Origin: Leucoraja erinacea
Lineage: Eukaryota
Direction: 5' to 3'
DNA: 64,000 nucleotides
Assembly (NCBI RefSeq): GCF_028641065.1
Contig: NC_073416.1
Coordinates: 6,758,001 to 6,822,000, forward strand
Shown: piece after piece, positions 1 to 14,140 of the stretch
How positions within the stretch are numbered: position 1 is the first letter of the stretch
Layout of the letters: every line of letters begins with the position of its first letter
Made by a program: the position numbers and the translations under genes
The notes under the pieces: model-generated
The model's database searches: none
Told to the model about the DNA's origin: nothing
The model's input: only the letters and a program-made list of their open reading frames with translations

Positions 1-2258
1 ATATATTACAAATTCCCAAACGAGCATCCCGAATCTATTAAATCTAATAGAGGAATTTGGTTCTTTCTCCAGTTATAGAATAAACTGGAATAAAAGTGAA
101 ATTATGCCATTAAAACCCCAGAAAGCGAATCACCTATTAAAATTTCCATTTAAAATTGCAACGGAAAAATTTAAGTATTTGGGTATTCAAGTTACTAGAA
201 GATATAAATCATTATTTAACGCTAATTTTATACCAATATACACTTTTTTTTTTTTTTTTTAAATTAGACACGAATATTTCTAATTTTATTTGGGATTATA
301 AAGCACATAGAATTAAAATAAATCACTTGTGCAAACCCAGAGGTGGGGGGATTTGCACTACCTAACTTATTATATTATTATTGGGCAGTGCATATTAAGA
401 ATATAATTTATTGGTTGGATAGTTCTGCTCAACAGTTGGAATGGATAAGAATGGAGAAAGAGGTTGCTCCCCTTACGATTTAGGAGCGATCATCTTCTCC
501 CCAATAAAACTGAATAATAGAAACATAGAAAATAGGTGCAGGAGTAGGCCATTCGGCCCTTCGAGCCTGCACCGCCATTCAATATGATCATGGCTGATCA
601 TCCAACTCAGTATCCTGTACCTGCCTTCTCTCCATACCCCCTGATCCCTTTAGCCACAAGGGCCACATCTAACTCCCTCTTAAATATAGCCAATGAACTG
701 GCCTCAACTACCTTCTGTGGCAGAGAATTCCAGAGATTCACCACTCTCTGTGTGAAAAATGTTTTCCTCATCTCGATCCTAAAAGATTTCCCCCTTATCC
801 TTAAACTGTGACCCCTTGTTCTGGACTTCCCCAACATCGGGAACAATCTTCCTGCATCTAGCCTGTCCAACCCCTTAAGAATTTTGTAAGTTTCTATAAG
901 ATCCCCCCTCAATCTTCTAAATTCTAGCGAGTACAAACCAAGTCTATCCAGTCTTTCTTCATGTGAAAGTCCTGACATCACAGGAATCAGTCTGGTTATA
1001 TAAGAAGATATGTTATATAAGAAGAATCCAATTATACATAACACAATACGAATCTGGAAACAAATAAAATTAACTTTAAAATTAAGAAACTTATCAGTGC
1101 TAATAGTGAATAACCCAGTATTTAAACCATCTGGTATGGATACAACATATAGACAATGGGAAAGAGTGGGAATTAAAAAGGTAGGTGACTTGTATGAATT
1201 GGGAAATTTATTATCATTCCAACAACTAAAATCAAAATTTAAATTGAATAACAACCAATATTTTAAATATCTACAGGTATGTGATTTTATGAAGAAATAT
1301 ATATACCAAGATTTCAAAGTATAGAATTACCATCAACAGAGGCAACTAAAGAAGACTGGGAAAAAGAATTAATGACAAAAATCTCAAAAGAAACATGGGA
1401 AAAGTATTTGATATATATACACACATAAATGTTCGATCAACGCTAGACATAATTTAATTCAATTTAAAATATTACATAGATTATATTATTCAAAAACTAG
1501 ATTGAATAAATTTTATCCAAATATTTCTCCCATCTGTGATACATGTCTTTCTCAAAATGCCAAGATTACACACTCATTTGTTTCTTGTACAAAACTTTAT
1601 ACATTTTGGTGTGACATATTTGATATATTCTCAAAGTACTTTAAGACAAAAATGGAACCCAATACTGAAATGATTATATTTGGAGTAAGTGGAGATGGGA
1701 ACAAATTAAATACACACCAAAACTCATTTGTCAATTATGGGTTAATAATAGCAAAAAAAACACATACTTAAATTTTGGAAAAATGCTAATATACCAACAT
1801 TTAAAATGTGGATCAGTGATATGTTGGACACAACACATTTGGAAGAAATGAGACTCCTCCTAATAGACAAACAAGACCAATTTTTAATGAGTTGGTCTCC
1901 ATTTATTAATATCTTGGATTCATGTGGTGCCATAGTATCGTGAAAATTAAAAGTTCCAGGTATGGGTGAAAGACGATTCAGAATATAAAAAATTCATCTC
2001 CTTATGGCGATTGAATAAACTCCCTCCTGCTCTCCCTCTTCACTTATTTCTTCTCTTCACTATTCTCTTTATCTGTCTTTCACTCACACTCACTAATCTA
2101 TCCTTCACTTTCTACAACCTCGTTTTCCTTTTTCTCCTCTTACTTTTCTCTTTAAAAAAAAAAGAAAAAAGGAAGTTGTACAGAGAATGTAATATGTTAA
2201 CATAATTTTTGTACCACTGTATTGTACTTACTTCTAATAAAAAAATTTTAAAAAAAAT
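1..2258 (+). mobile_element. Degenerate L1-clade LINE: 3' part of ORF2 (RT end + CCHC zinc knuckle), 3'UTR and A-rich tail; interrupted by a CR1 insertion at 517-996
   Basis: Frames read ..LLNLIEEFGSFSSYRINWNKSEIM..FKYLGIQV.., ..FIWDYKAHRI.., ..LIQFKILHRLYY..CDTC..HSFVSC.. (L1 RT end and zf-RVT-like CCHC). Frameshifts and stops present. AATAAA/A-rich tail at 2236-2258. Confidence 0.85.
517..996 (-). mobile_element. 5'-truncated CR1-clade LINE 3' end (HER1-like) nested in the L1
   Basis: Minus frame: LSHEERLDRLGLYSLEFRRLRGDLIETYKIL..RTRGHSLRI..FFTQRVVNLWNSLP (CR1 ORF2 C-terminus). (CTATGTTT)-type tail at 517-530. Near-identical to the copy at 49611-50211. Confidence 0.92.
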
Positions 2259-5200
2259 TGGCTGTTATCTTTTCTATGTTACGATAGTGACTTCGCTTCA
2301 AGTGTGCCCAGAAATTATACCTTGGTCAGCCAATTTCCACAAAACACAAACAAACCAGTCTCCAATCTCTGTACTGTCAGTACTATTGTGCCATGCACAA
2401 GATGGCTGTCATAACTGTGACAGGAAGTGGAAAAACAAGCCAGTTTAAAGGAGGTACCACAGACCTGGTGATGGGTGGTTAGAGGTGCTGCTCTTTGCTA
2501 TCAAGCAGTCCTCAGCCAAAATTAACACTAGCTCCCTCCAGCAGGAACTGCTGGATAGCAAAGAGCAGCACCTCTAACCACCCATCACCAGGACTTATCC
2601 CACCAGCTAATGACTCTGATCCCAAGGACCTTTTACAATTCCAGCCTATCACCCCACAAGTCAGGGCAGGGAACATCACTTAGATGTCTCATGGCAGCTC
2701 AATCAAATCATGGATTTTGTTTGTCTCTGCAAGTGTAGGAATATGCCAAAGCAGCTGAGCCCTAGCCCAGATTACAAACCCTAGATACATCGAAATGCAA
2801 AAAGCAGAAAGGCGTTTTCATAACCCCAGCCTTCACTCTCTGGGAAAATCTGCAGTGTTGAGCAAAAAGTTTACAAATGCTACAATATTTTACCTTTCAT
2901 TTCATCTCCAGGCAGCCAAGTTTCACTTCATTGACAAGCAAAATGGGAGCAAACTAGAATGTGATCACATACAGCAAGGCTCCCAGCAAACTAGGGCAAC
3001 ACAACACTGCTGGAGGGATTTGGGAAAAAATGTTCCTTTACGCAGCCCTCCCAACATCAATGAAGTCACCAGGACTCTGGCCAATTCCATCACTACACAC
3101 CCATCTACTGATATTTCCCATTCAGAACATCCCATCCTGCTCTTCTGAACCTTAATGTGGCTGCAACATACCACATCTCCTTCTCAAAATTGAAATTCAA
3201 TTAGCCGACTGTCCAAGAACTGATCCCTAACCTCAAACTAGTACAGGTCAAATCAAAACATATTGCCTCTATTATAGGTGTAATAAGTCAAGACACAAAC
3301 AAAGTCATTTGTTTGGCCAAAGGACACACATTAGAGCACCAGACGATAACACAGAAAACTTCCTTGAAGATCCCAGCTGAGAGGTTTCAGTGCACCCATT
3401 AGATGCCAATGACCAAAGCCTCAGGTTCAGAGTAGGCACTGCTCACTTTCACTGCCCACAGTGTACCATTTCCCCAAGGGGTTGGGTGGGTGCAGGCTGG
3501 GGATCAGAGGGCCTTGGGAACAGTCCTTCCAGTGCTAGTGCGGAAGAACATTCTCCTCGGGTGCAGCTAAGTATTTTCATCATCTAGATGTCATTTCAGG
3601 GCAGCATTTCTGCATCGCCCCCATCATGCCCAAGAACCGGTATTCCCAGGACAACACAGTCCAGGTTCCCATGCTTTCCTCTGACTTTGTGGGCAGAAAA
3701 TAGATTGGGGTTCCAAAAGTGACTTGTGGAACCAGGAGATGTTTGGTCCAGATTTTCCCCAAGGTGACTCAACACGATCCAGAAAGTGTCAGTGCGACTT
3801 TTCACTCTGGGAGCAGCAAGGCTGGGGGTGGATAAGTGTTGGAATTAATTCACAATGGATTAACACTGAAAAACAGAACAGCACTACACAAGCAAATATC
3901 CCAACCTGTTCCTCTGTGCTTCTCGTGTTCTTCATCAGAGAACATTTGTCGACCAGCCAAATGCCAATCTGCCTCCTCTCTGTACTCAAGGCAGCCCTGT
4001 ACATCTGCTTCAAGCAGATGTTATTCACTTTACAATGTTGGGAACGAGTGCACCTAGCAACCAGATCAAATGCTTCTCCACACCAGGCAGTCGTGATATG
4101 CTCTGTGCTTGAAGGCCACTTCAGAGGAGTTACTGCTGAATGCAATTTTAATGAATGCATTCACATGACTGAGGCTGAAAATCGATGAGCATTGTGATGG
4201 AGTGCTGTGCTCCTGGCATGCCAGCTAATTTAAGCAATAGCTAACAAAAGGAGGAAAGACTAAGGCAAAACACAAGAGAGCAGCGATGGTCTGGAATTGA
4301 CTGCCTACAGAGGTATGGAAGCACAGCCAGTCGATTTCTGCAAGAGGGAATGGAGAGACACTTGATGGAAAGTAATTTACCGAGATCCAGGGAAAGAGCA
4401 ATGGGCAACAGTACAGACACAATAAGTTGAATGGCCTTCTCCTGTGCTTTTACAAATCTATAATGCAGTTTACTTGCCAATCTTCAAATCCAACCCATGA
4501 TAAAAAGAAGCTCCCAGAAATCCGTTTTAACGAGAGGGTTTTTATTCCCGAAACAGATTCGTACGAGGCATTCTTGTGACAAACTTTAAAGCCAAAACTC
4601 ATCCAGAGATCTTTTAGTTAACTTGAACGACTTTCGGCTGCACCACTGATGAGCACACGCAAACCGCTGGAGCCAATGCCTCACTGTTGCTCACTTAAAG
4701 TCACAAAGCAACTGGAGGGGTTAAATGCGCACAGATCCAGTCATTCCCTCCCCCTGTGCATCTTGACCTGCCATTGACTCATTGCATTATCAAAGAAAAT
4801 AGCCAGCCAATCAGCAGCCCTCAAATCCAGGTTGATGAGAGCTTGCAGAACCTACCCTCAGCCCCTCTCCAGTCCTGTCTATCCAAGCGATCCACATTGA
4901 AAATTCCCAGATCATGGAATCAATCTGCAATGGAAGGATGTTTGTGGATCTACAGGAGTTAGCAGCAGATTCCTTGCCCATAGAGGGGACTCGGGATCTA
5001 ACAATCAGCCTAATGCTTAACCCATCCTGCACTCTACATGCACTACGCTCCCCAAACAACATACATTGTGGCTGAAAGACATCAACAATACGCTGAATCC
5101 CAGAGCTCAATTAACATCACTAACTTGCCATTCTGGAAGTGGCACCAATCCAGGATGCGACCCTCTGATCAGATTCCACCTCTTGGCTCCATTTTCACTC

Positions 5201-7959
5201 TAATGGGGTTTTCGCTTACGAGGGAGCTCTGCAACAGGAGTATGGCCCTGGAGGACTGTTGCCAAAGAAAGCAAGGCACCATGCCAGATTTCAGAAAAAT
5301 TGCTCAATCAAGTCCTCATTCCCGCTCTCTGATGAATTTAAAAGAGCAGAAGGATTATTCACAATGTTCTAAGGACAAATGTTAGCCCTCAAGCAACATC
5401 CTCGGAATAGAATAGCTGGTATTTGTCACATTGCTGCTTACAGGATGCTTAAATTGGCTGCTATTTTACTAACATTACAATGGCAAATATACTTGGGAAG
5501 AATTTCACTGTCCTTGGAAGTACTCAGATGGTCAAGCATCTGTAGAAAGAGAAACAGAGATGACAGGGTCAAAGACCTTTCACCAGAATTGGAAAAGTGA
5601 AACGTTAAATGTTTCTCTTTTCACAGATGTGGCGTGACCTGGTGAGTATCCTCAGTAGTCTGCTTTTATTGGTTTCCTGACATTCACCTCTTGATGTATG
5701 CAGGGCTGTGGATAGTGGTTGGGCTGAGCATGCACCTTTCTGGGCCACGCTGATGAATAGGTGTTTGCTCGTGCAACTCTGTGCATGCATTCATGTTCCA
5801 GCAAGTCTTTGCACAAATATTGTACTTTTCCATGGTAAATGCTGATGACCTGTGGCAATTGCTGGTCACGTTCCAACTGCATATTCATAACTATGCTGAT
5901 AGTTGCACAGGTTTTGCTCTCTGCCTTTAGTTAAAATGGCTAACATTATTGAGACAGTGAAGAAAGGTAGCCCAAATATTCTTCTATTGAATCTGGATAA
6001 ATAATTCCCAACAACTTCTGGGGAAAACAGTTTTCTACATATTGACATTAATATAAAACTCACTCCTTTTTCTTGTCACCCCCTGAAGATGCTCATCGTC
6101 AGTTTTTTGAAGGCATACAAGTGGTAGTCACCCCTTTGCTATTCAATTGGAAAGAGTCGAAAGAATAGTTTAGATTTTGCAGAGAGTGACACGACCAAGC
6201 ATAGTCTTCAGTTAATGTGCAGATCATGCACGAGTTGTTGAAGTAGGGCATCCATTTAACCACCCTATCCTGAAGTGACTACTGTCTTTAATTAACTCAT
6301 GAAATCTGGGTGTCACTGGCAAGGCCAAAATTATTCCCCACCCATTATTATCCTTAGCAAGGTGACAGTGAGCTGCCTTCTTGACTGCAGCAGTCCTTCC
6401 AATGAAGGTGCTCCCACAATACCTTTGCAGAGAGAGACAGAGAGATCTTTCATGAATGGAACGCTTGTCCTGCATAATAGAACATCTCCTCTCCATCAAC
6501 CTGGTACTGCAGATAAGACACCAAGCTAAGATACTCATCTGTCTGATCAAGTGGACATTCATGATCCAGTGGTGGTGTTCAATGAGCTGTTCCCCTTGTG
6601 GCAAGATAACTCTACGCCTTCAAGATGAGATCACCTGGCATCTTTAAGTCACTAGTCAAAGACAATGCATTAAGTCCTGCTTGCATGCCAGGCTGTTCTT
6701 TGAGGTGATTGTTCACAGCACCAAGGGAACAATTCAGAATAATACAGCAAAGAATCCTCAAGAAAATGTCATCAACTCAGTCAACCAAAAGCTTTAGGTT
6801 TAAGTCATAATTATCCTGCACATGCAAAGAATCAAAGAACCAAACGTATACAATAAATCAGTTGCTTGTTCAACTAGGATAGAAAAAAACTGCGGCCTGC
6901 ATTGTTCAAATCTCCCCTCCAAATAGGCTCAGCAAACAAATTGACATTACCATGGAAACGCCTTTGCCATAACCCATTTAAAAACATGTCACATGCAGTC
7001 TGTTCTTGCTGCACTTCAGGTCAGGTCACCGTGCACAATTTACAGAGTTTGGAGGTCCAACAATTGTGTTGGTGTTTAAAGTTTCAGACACTCCCCAGCA
7101 ATTTGGTACATTTATAAATTATACCAATACCTTTACGAGAGACTCATTTACTTTAGGAATGGGACATATTTTAACGCTGGGAAAGGTGAATGCACAGCAA
7201 TCTGCATTGGTTTACGATTGTCATTCAACGTGGACAGTTTGGCGTGGTCCCGCACACATTTGCCAGAGGCCTCAGCCCTTACCAAAGAAAGAACACTTCA
7301 ATCCTGACGAGACAGATAATCCTTCTGGTGCCTATGGCTTCTCAATGGCACTGCTGGTCTGACCACTTGTCCCTTTGCACTGGAGACCAATCATTGGCCA
7401 AGTGGACGTTTTTTTCAGTGATAATGGACACCAAATGAGAAATCTTTTCCAAGGTAGAAGCTAATATTCACCATGGTTGATTTTAAGCTAATTTGTTGAA
7501 GGGTAAAGAAAGGAAAAATAATAATGTAATAATAATAATTAACAAATATTCCCTACAACTAAAAATCACCCCAGAGCTATTACGTATGAAATAAAAGGCA
7601 CACCAAATTAAAGCAATTATTTTTTGTTTGCTGCCTTGGGACAACCAGTTTACGGTCCCATTCACCAATCACCATTCTGTATGCTAATCCACAATGGCTT
7701 CTGTTTAAACACCATCTTGATTTTAAAACTCTCCTACTCATTTCCTGAGCCTGCCATCCATCTTTAATCAGTGCCAATCCAAAACCCATCCCAAATCTGT
7801 GCACTCTTCCAATTCCAGCCTTTTGATCATTCCCGTTTTAACCATTTACTGTCTGGGTCCCAAACTCAGGAATTCCCTCCCTGAATTTCTCCATCCCTCT
7901 CTCTTCTCCTCTGCCAGCTTGTGTAATACACTAAAGTAGTTGGATTTCCATTAACAACA

Positions 7960-8275
7960 GGGACCTCGCTTTCATGCTTAAAATCACACCGTGGCAGCTG
8001 TGGAATTTAAATTTAGTTAAAAATATAATCTGACATTGCGTGAAAAAAGTAATCTTGGCAACAGTAATCTTCAAACTACCAGGCTATTGTAAAAATTCAC
8101 CTGCTGCACTATTGTTGCTCGGGGGAGGAAATCTGCCATCCTTACCCAGTCTGGCCTACATAGGATTTCAGATCCACCAACATGGCTGACTCTTAAATGC
8201 CCTCTGAAATGGCTGAGCAAATTACTAAAACCCAATTACAGCTCACAGCTTCAAGGGGCAATTAGGGATTGGCAC
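7960..8275 (+). mobile_element. Old SINE-like repeat with CR1-type tail
   Basis: Similar to the inverted copy at ~41630-41955 (GAATTTAAATT..; GACTCTTAA.TG.CCC..; AATTAGG tail). Confidence 0.5.
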
Positions 8276-8479
8276 AGAAAGCAGACGTTTTACATTTCAA
8301 CGTGCAGGGCTTTTTGTTTACAGGTTGATTTTTCAATGGTGGACTTCTTTCTGGCCACAATGAAGGGTCCTGGATTGAAAGACCAGTGGATGTACTTGGC
8401 TTCCCTCTCCCTCACACACCTACACATTTCTGCTCCTCACAATTATCTGGTGGTTTAATTCAATTAGTAAAGGCAAAGA

Positions 8480-8569
8480 TAGACACACAACGCTGGAGTA
8501 ACTCAGCGGGCAGGCAGCATCTCTGGAGAGAAGGAATGGGTGACGTTTCAGGTCGAGACCCTTCCTCAG
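8480..8569 (-). mobile_element. Penelope-LTR-derived unit with an intact minimal hammerhead core
   Basis: Reverse complement of 8542-8569: CTGAGGA-A-GGGT-CTCG-ACCT-GAAAC-GTC. Flanked by AGGCAAAGA direct repeats (8471-8479, 8568-8576). Confidence 0.75.
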
Positions 8570-10442
8570 GCAAAGAGTTCTTAATTCTGCTTTTGTCATT
8601 TTACAGGGCTACCAATGGACCAGTAGTTAACAGATTTTATTCAATTGATCAGACCACAATTGACTTGAAGAAGCCAATACCAGGCACAATTTCTATCCAG
8701 TGTTCCCAACAACCTAACTAGAGCAGTTTCCAAAATTAACAGGAACATTTATTCATTTTCAAAGAAATAAGCAACATAGAATCACTACGGTGCAGGTGGA
8801 GACCATATGGCCTATAAAGTCTATGTTAGTTCATACTCAGGCTATCCCATCAGTCCCATTCCCCCCCATAGCCCTGAAAATTATTTTCTCCAAGTGCCCA
8901 TCCAGTTCTCTTTTGAAAGCCCTCCTTGGCTGTGTTTCTAACACCCTTATAAGCCACAAATTCCAAATCATAGGAGACCAGTATCCGCCCACCTTCAGAT
9001 GTAGGTGTCTAGCTGAGCAGATAAAGCAGGGCTGTAAATAACACAGGGGCTCAGTAAAGCAATTTGTTTTTACTCAATGAAGAGTCCACTTCGTTGATCC
9101 CCCTCCATCCTCGAGTGTGAGACACCAACTCCGGCCAAGCAGAGCAGACTCCTCCAGGTCCTGTCAACGACCAGCCTCTGGCAGTAGACCAACACAATCG
9201 GCCAGACTGCCTGGGCACAACAAAATATCAAAGCCCAAGCTCACCCTCAGTCAAGTACAGTTGCGTCCTCCATACTCCCTGTGAAAGAGTTGCTGTCACT
9301 GTAAAACTTTGCTCTCCCCAGTAAATATAAAGTATCTCTTAGCAGTTGCGGTAGTCCATTTAAAAACCAAAAATCACAGGGCACATTGCTGACTAGAGTC
9401 CAGCTGCTGCAGAGATAGAATTGTACTGCATTTATGGTGGGATCACAGTATGATTCATGACCCAGACTTGCAACAGAAGCCGATGAGGAAAACAAATGTC
9501 AACCACCCGAGGATGAAGCAGCATGCTAGACCAAGGATCAAGGTCAAGGATGTCAAGTTCCCAAGAAATCTCTGGAGCAGGACTGGGAATGATTAGGCAG
9601 GAGGAAATTCTCACTTAATTGAACTGTAAAAGAGAGATGTTCAGCCCATCATGCTGATGCCTGGAAGAGCAGCGTAATCAGTCTAATTTCACTGCTCAGC
9701 AAAACATTGTCTTTAGGTTTTGAATTTCATTTCTTTCACTTTATTCACTGTGATCCATCAGCGTGGGCTATACCCATCAGCTTTTACATTCAATTCCAAC
9801 CTTAATCTGTAATCGCCCACAACCAAAATACCTAGTCAGCCTCTCAAAAATACATTTTCCCATTCATCCATTCCACCTCCCCCCCCAATCGAAAATAAGC
9901 AGCTTGAATTAGGTTTATCAGCTGAGGTGAAGTAATAATACATTTTACATGTTCCTATTAATGCAAATCATTTCACATTCACTTGACCTCTGCCAAAGTG
10001 GATACAGATTCATGCTTCGCAAAACTGGGTTCCCTTAGAACCAGCGTATTTGGGGAACATTTCCCCCATTTTAGTGCCCTGGTAATTCTACCCTTCCTGC
10101 TACTTACAGGAAAACAATCCTGCTTTCGTCAAAATACACTGTTATAGTTTGGACTATGAATTCAGTTTGCTGCATCTCATACTCAGTAAAATAGACTGGC
10201 TTTGCTCTTAGTTCTGCTACAATACCAGCTAAATCCCACACCACTGAACGCATTGGCCAATTGTGGTGCAGATACTCTATGGAACATCTTCTTTGCTCTA
10301 CCTATTGTATTTGAGTTCAGTTGGGTTGTATCTACAGTATGTATAGTACTATCTGATTTGACAGCATGCAAAATAAAGATTTTCACTGTAACTCAGTGCA
10401 CACCACAATAATAAATCCAAGCCTACTATCAAATATACCAAA

Positions 10443-10520
10443 GATAGACACAAAAAGCTGGAGTAACTCGGCGGGACAGACAGCATCTGGGTGACGTTTT
10501 GGGTTGAAACCCTCTTCAGA
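10443..10520 (-). mobile_element. Penelope-LTR-derived unit, hammerhead core with GAAA>AAAA change
   Basis: Reverse complement: CTGAAGA-GGGT-TTCA-ACCC-AAAAC-GTC. Shares the family body GATAGACACAAAAAGCTGGAGTAACTC. Confidence 0.7.
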
Positions 10521-12874
10521 CATGCGGGCATTCCAAACCGGATCGGAGAATATTCCACCTCTTAACTTTATTACTAATAACTTGAACAAAAAGACCTTTG
10601 ATATTTGGCCACCTCCATTGCCAGCACCTCCTTGGAGGCAATTTGCATGATCAGTTAGAGTACGTCATGGTCGAGTTAATTCTCGGAGAGTATAAAAGCA
10701 CTTCCCATAAATAGCTCCATTCATTAAGGGAAATTTATGGGGATCATATGTAACAATGTAAAATGCATTAATTACATTTTGGTGGAGTCAGATAATCATG
10801 CATCATTTGTCTAATTGCTCAGTGACAAGCTGTCTGCTCGTCATTAATATGCTGAATGAAATGATCAGTAACAGCAACTGAGATTGGGGCTGCACACCTA
10901 TACCCGGGTTTTGACATACATCAACCAGTCCAGTCCATAAAAGATTACTTTGGTTTCCCTTAACATCGCTACGCACAGCAATTATCTCCTTAATTTTTAC
11001 TTAATTCGAGAATCTTGCCAGTGTTGTATCAAGAATCAACCCATGATTAACAGGAGGAAGGCTGCTGTATGCAATTACAGCATTGTAAAAATTACAGTTA
11101 AATTAAGTATCACTGAGTGTGAACATCTCAATGAGATGGTTCTCACGATTCAATGAAAGTGCTCGTCACATTGATTGCCCAGAGAACTGGAGCCCCAACA
11201 TGATGAGATGATAGCGATTCAGACATTATTGAATTGGTTACGAGGCAATTGTCATACTTACATTTAAAAAACATTTGTAAGAAGAGTTTAACATTGATTG
11301 GCACAAAGCTTTGCATGGAGGCTTTCATGAGGCATAATAAAAAAGGGATTTTATTGTACAGAGGCTTCATTCTCTGAATCATTTTATACTTATAGCGCAG
11401 AGTCACCAAGTGTAATGATGACATCATTTAGCTGTGGAGTCATCCGTTCCTCCCTACATTTATAGCCCATGCCAATGACATCAGGAATACTGTGGAGACC
11501 ATCACTAAAAGAAAACAGTCATCAGCCATATTATCTTATGTTACCCTACAAGTCGTATCATCAGCCACCCTTGGTTGTAACACAAACAACTAGCTAATCA
11601 GAAACCCAAAGAGAGAGAGAGATAGTCATCAGGGCCTGCCAGTTCGGAATTAGATGAGAGAGATTTTAAAAAAATTATCAAGGCCTCAAGTCCAACAGAT
11701 GAGGAACAAGCAACTCACCCACTTGACCTTTGACGTTATAACCCATCCCGATGCAAATATGTGCATCAAGTTCAAAGCTTCGATGAAAGAGCAGACAAAT
11801 AATTTGTAACATAACACACCAACAACAGAAAATTCGAGAGCCACTTACACCTTACACCTTGTACTAAGAGCCACCAATTCCACTGACAACCAGACACTCT
11901 CACACTTAAGCAAACGTTGCCTCTTATGCAGTGGATTATTCTTGGCAGACAACAGCAATCCTAAATTTATACATAGAATAAGAAGGTTGTGGCTTATATA
12001 TGGCTATTGAAGTTTAGTCAAATGTACTTGAACAGCTCACTTCATCCCACCGCTTTCACTGGTGCAGCTAAGGGCAGAATGAAGATATTTCTTCAGTTCT
12101 CCTCTACATGGCTCTAGACATTCTTTTTAACTCTAGATTCAATAGATCTGCATCCCTCGGAACATCAAGATGAAATTATTCAGCCCCTCGAGCAGCTTCT
12201 ATCATTCAATTAGATCACAGCCAATTTGTCACTTATTCCATCTACTCATCTTGGTTACGTCAACTTCCTTGAACTTATCCAGCACAAAGTCGTATCAATG
12301 CATCTGGAATTTTTCAATTAATGTGCAGCTTATACAGCTTCTGCTGGTGTGATAGGAAAATAAACCAGTTCCACATTTCCACTACCCTACAAGTGAAGTG
12401 TATCCCGTTTTCATTCCTGAATGTCCCATCTACAAATTTAACAGCATGGCCACCTTATTCTGGAGTTCCAAAATAAAAACATCTTAAAGGAAAGCACTAA
12501 AATTCTTGCAAGGAAGTAGAGGTAGATTTCCACCTTTGTTTGAATGCAGCGGTCCATAGTTCACCATTAAAAAAAACAATGTATTACACCTTCATCCAGG
12601 GATTGAAAGCAATATTTTAGAATCAATATCACAAAATGATGGCTATTGAACAGTTTTAATAGGCGCAACCTTCAAGGCTAAATTCTGTGTATATTTGCTG
12701 GTGTGCACTAATGGCACATTCACACCCAAACTGAATACAGGGATCACTGCTGCAAAATAAGCCTCTTGCAAATTCCTTACTACTTTGCATAAATTGATCT
12801 AGACCATACAAGGACAGGTCAGAAGATGGGTGTCCTGTAGTGAGCGACTCACCTCCTGATGCCAAAAAGCTTTT

Positions 12875-13600
12875 CCCACAAAGCACAGTTTAGATGTGAT
12901 GGAATACTTGCTTGGGTGAGTGCTGCTTCAACACTTATGGTTGACACCACCCAGGACAAAGCAACTGCTGGTTTGGCATTCACCACCAGTGCAGTGTGGC
13001 TTCAGTGTGTATACCGTGACAATGGAGGACCTGGCGTGGGAGACCACCGTGAGGGGGGTAAGAAAAATGGACAATGGAGGACATGGCATGGGGGGGGGGG
13101 GGGGGGGGGGGGGTCGTCGCCATGAGGGAGGGGGAGAACAAAGGGGGACCTGACGTGGATACTGTGTATACTTTGGAACTTTGTCAGCACCCTTATGTGG
13201 TGACTTTTGCATACCTTGGGTTTGCAAACAAAGAATTTCACTGTGACTTGTTACATGTGACAATAAAGTATTCATTCATTCATCCTACCTACAAAATGCA
13301 GCTAGCACTCCAACATCACCTCACAAATAAATGGCTGCTGTCACCAAGAGATAAGGACAATGGGGACTTCATAACCTGCAGTCGCCCCTCCGAGTCACAC
13401 ACTACCGTGACTTGGAAACATATCACCATTCCTTCATCGTTAATAGATCTAAATTCTGGAACTCCCTCCGCAACAGCTCCAGAAATACTGTCACCAGAAG
13501 GACCGAAACAGTTCAAGGCGGCAGGCAACTCACCACTACTGCTGAGTGCAGATATGGGTGCGCAATAAACGTTGATCTCGCTCATGATAAACATCCCAAC
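12875..13600 (+). mobile_element. Old CR1-like LINE 3' fragment interrupted at ~13016-13283 by a non-autonomous Rex1-tailed element
   Basis: KAQFR..LAWVSAASTL..DTTQDKA resembles the CR1 RT end. The insert has internal ACAATGGAGGAC../GAACAAAGGGGGACC units, a poly-G tract and the tail GAATTTCACTGTG..TGACAATAAA(ATTC)n. Confidence 0.6.
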
Positions 13601-13684
13601 AAGACAATTTCTCCGAACAACAAAATAACTTTATTCTGTATAGACATTGCATTCAACATCAGCACTTTGTTATTTCTTCACGTT

Positions 13685-13850
13685 AGCTGCGGCTCAGCGG
13701 TCTTTGTTTCAGAATCAGAACCTGTGGCTTTAAATGGGCACACTAGAGATTCCAGTACCCAAGAAGAACCGCACTAACCGTGAAACTGCCTTTCAGAGAT
13801 GTTAAATCAACGCCTCGTCTGCTCTTTCAGGTAGAAATAAACTATCATAT
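13685..13850 (+). mobile_element. Degenerate Deu-type (SacSINE1-like) tRNA-derived SINE
   Basis: GCTCAG..TCAGAA..TGTGG..; GAGATGTTAAA..CCTCGTCTGCTCT. Resembles the copies at ~45750 and ~57120. Confidence 0.45.
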
Positions 13851-13999
13851 TGTAAAATGAAAAGACAGCAAATTCTGAAAATATGAATTGAAAATAGAAA
13901 GTACCAGAAAATATTAAATTGCGAAAGAAATGAGAATTCAAAATAAAGGGAGATGGGAATAAGAAACAAGCTATGAATAAATGGGAATGGCAGAATCAG

Positions 14000-14140
14000 T
14001 GCCTGAAATGACTGAACTCGGTGACAAGTCCAGAAGACTACAAAGTGCCTAGTGAGAGAAGGTTCTGTTCCTCAAGCTCAAATTGAGTTTTGTTGGAACA
14101 GCAGAGGAGGTCAAAGACAAAGAGGTTGAAGTGAACATGC
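14000..14140 (-). pseudogene. Penelope-like GIY-YIG endonuclease C-terminal remnant
   Basis: Minus frames read LFVFDLLCCSN..LEEQNLL..LGTL*SSGLVTEFSHFR, matching the remnant at 54135-54306. Confidence 0.55.

Noticed and set aside
607-1317. 236-aa minus-strand ORF
   Set aside because: Chimera of antisense L1 sequence and the nested CR1 C-terminus; not a gene.
11200-11378. Possible C/D snoRNA (ATGATGA at 11200, CTGA at ~11374)
   Set aside because: Too long, no convincing terminal stem, and no recognisable rRNA guide.
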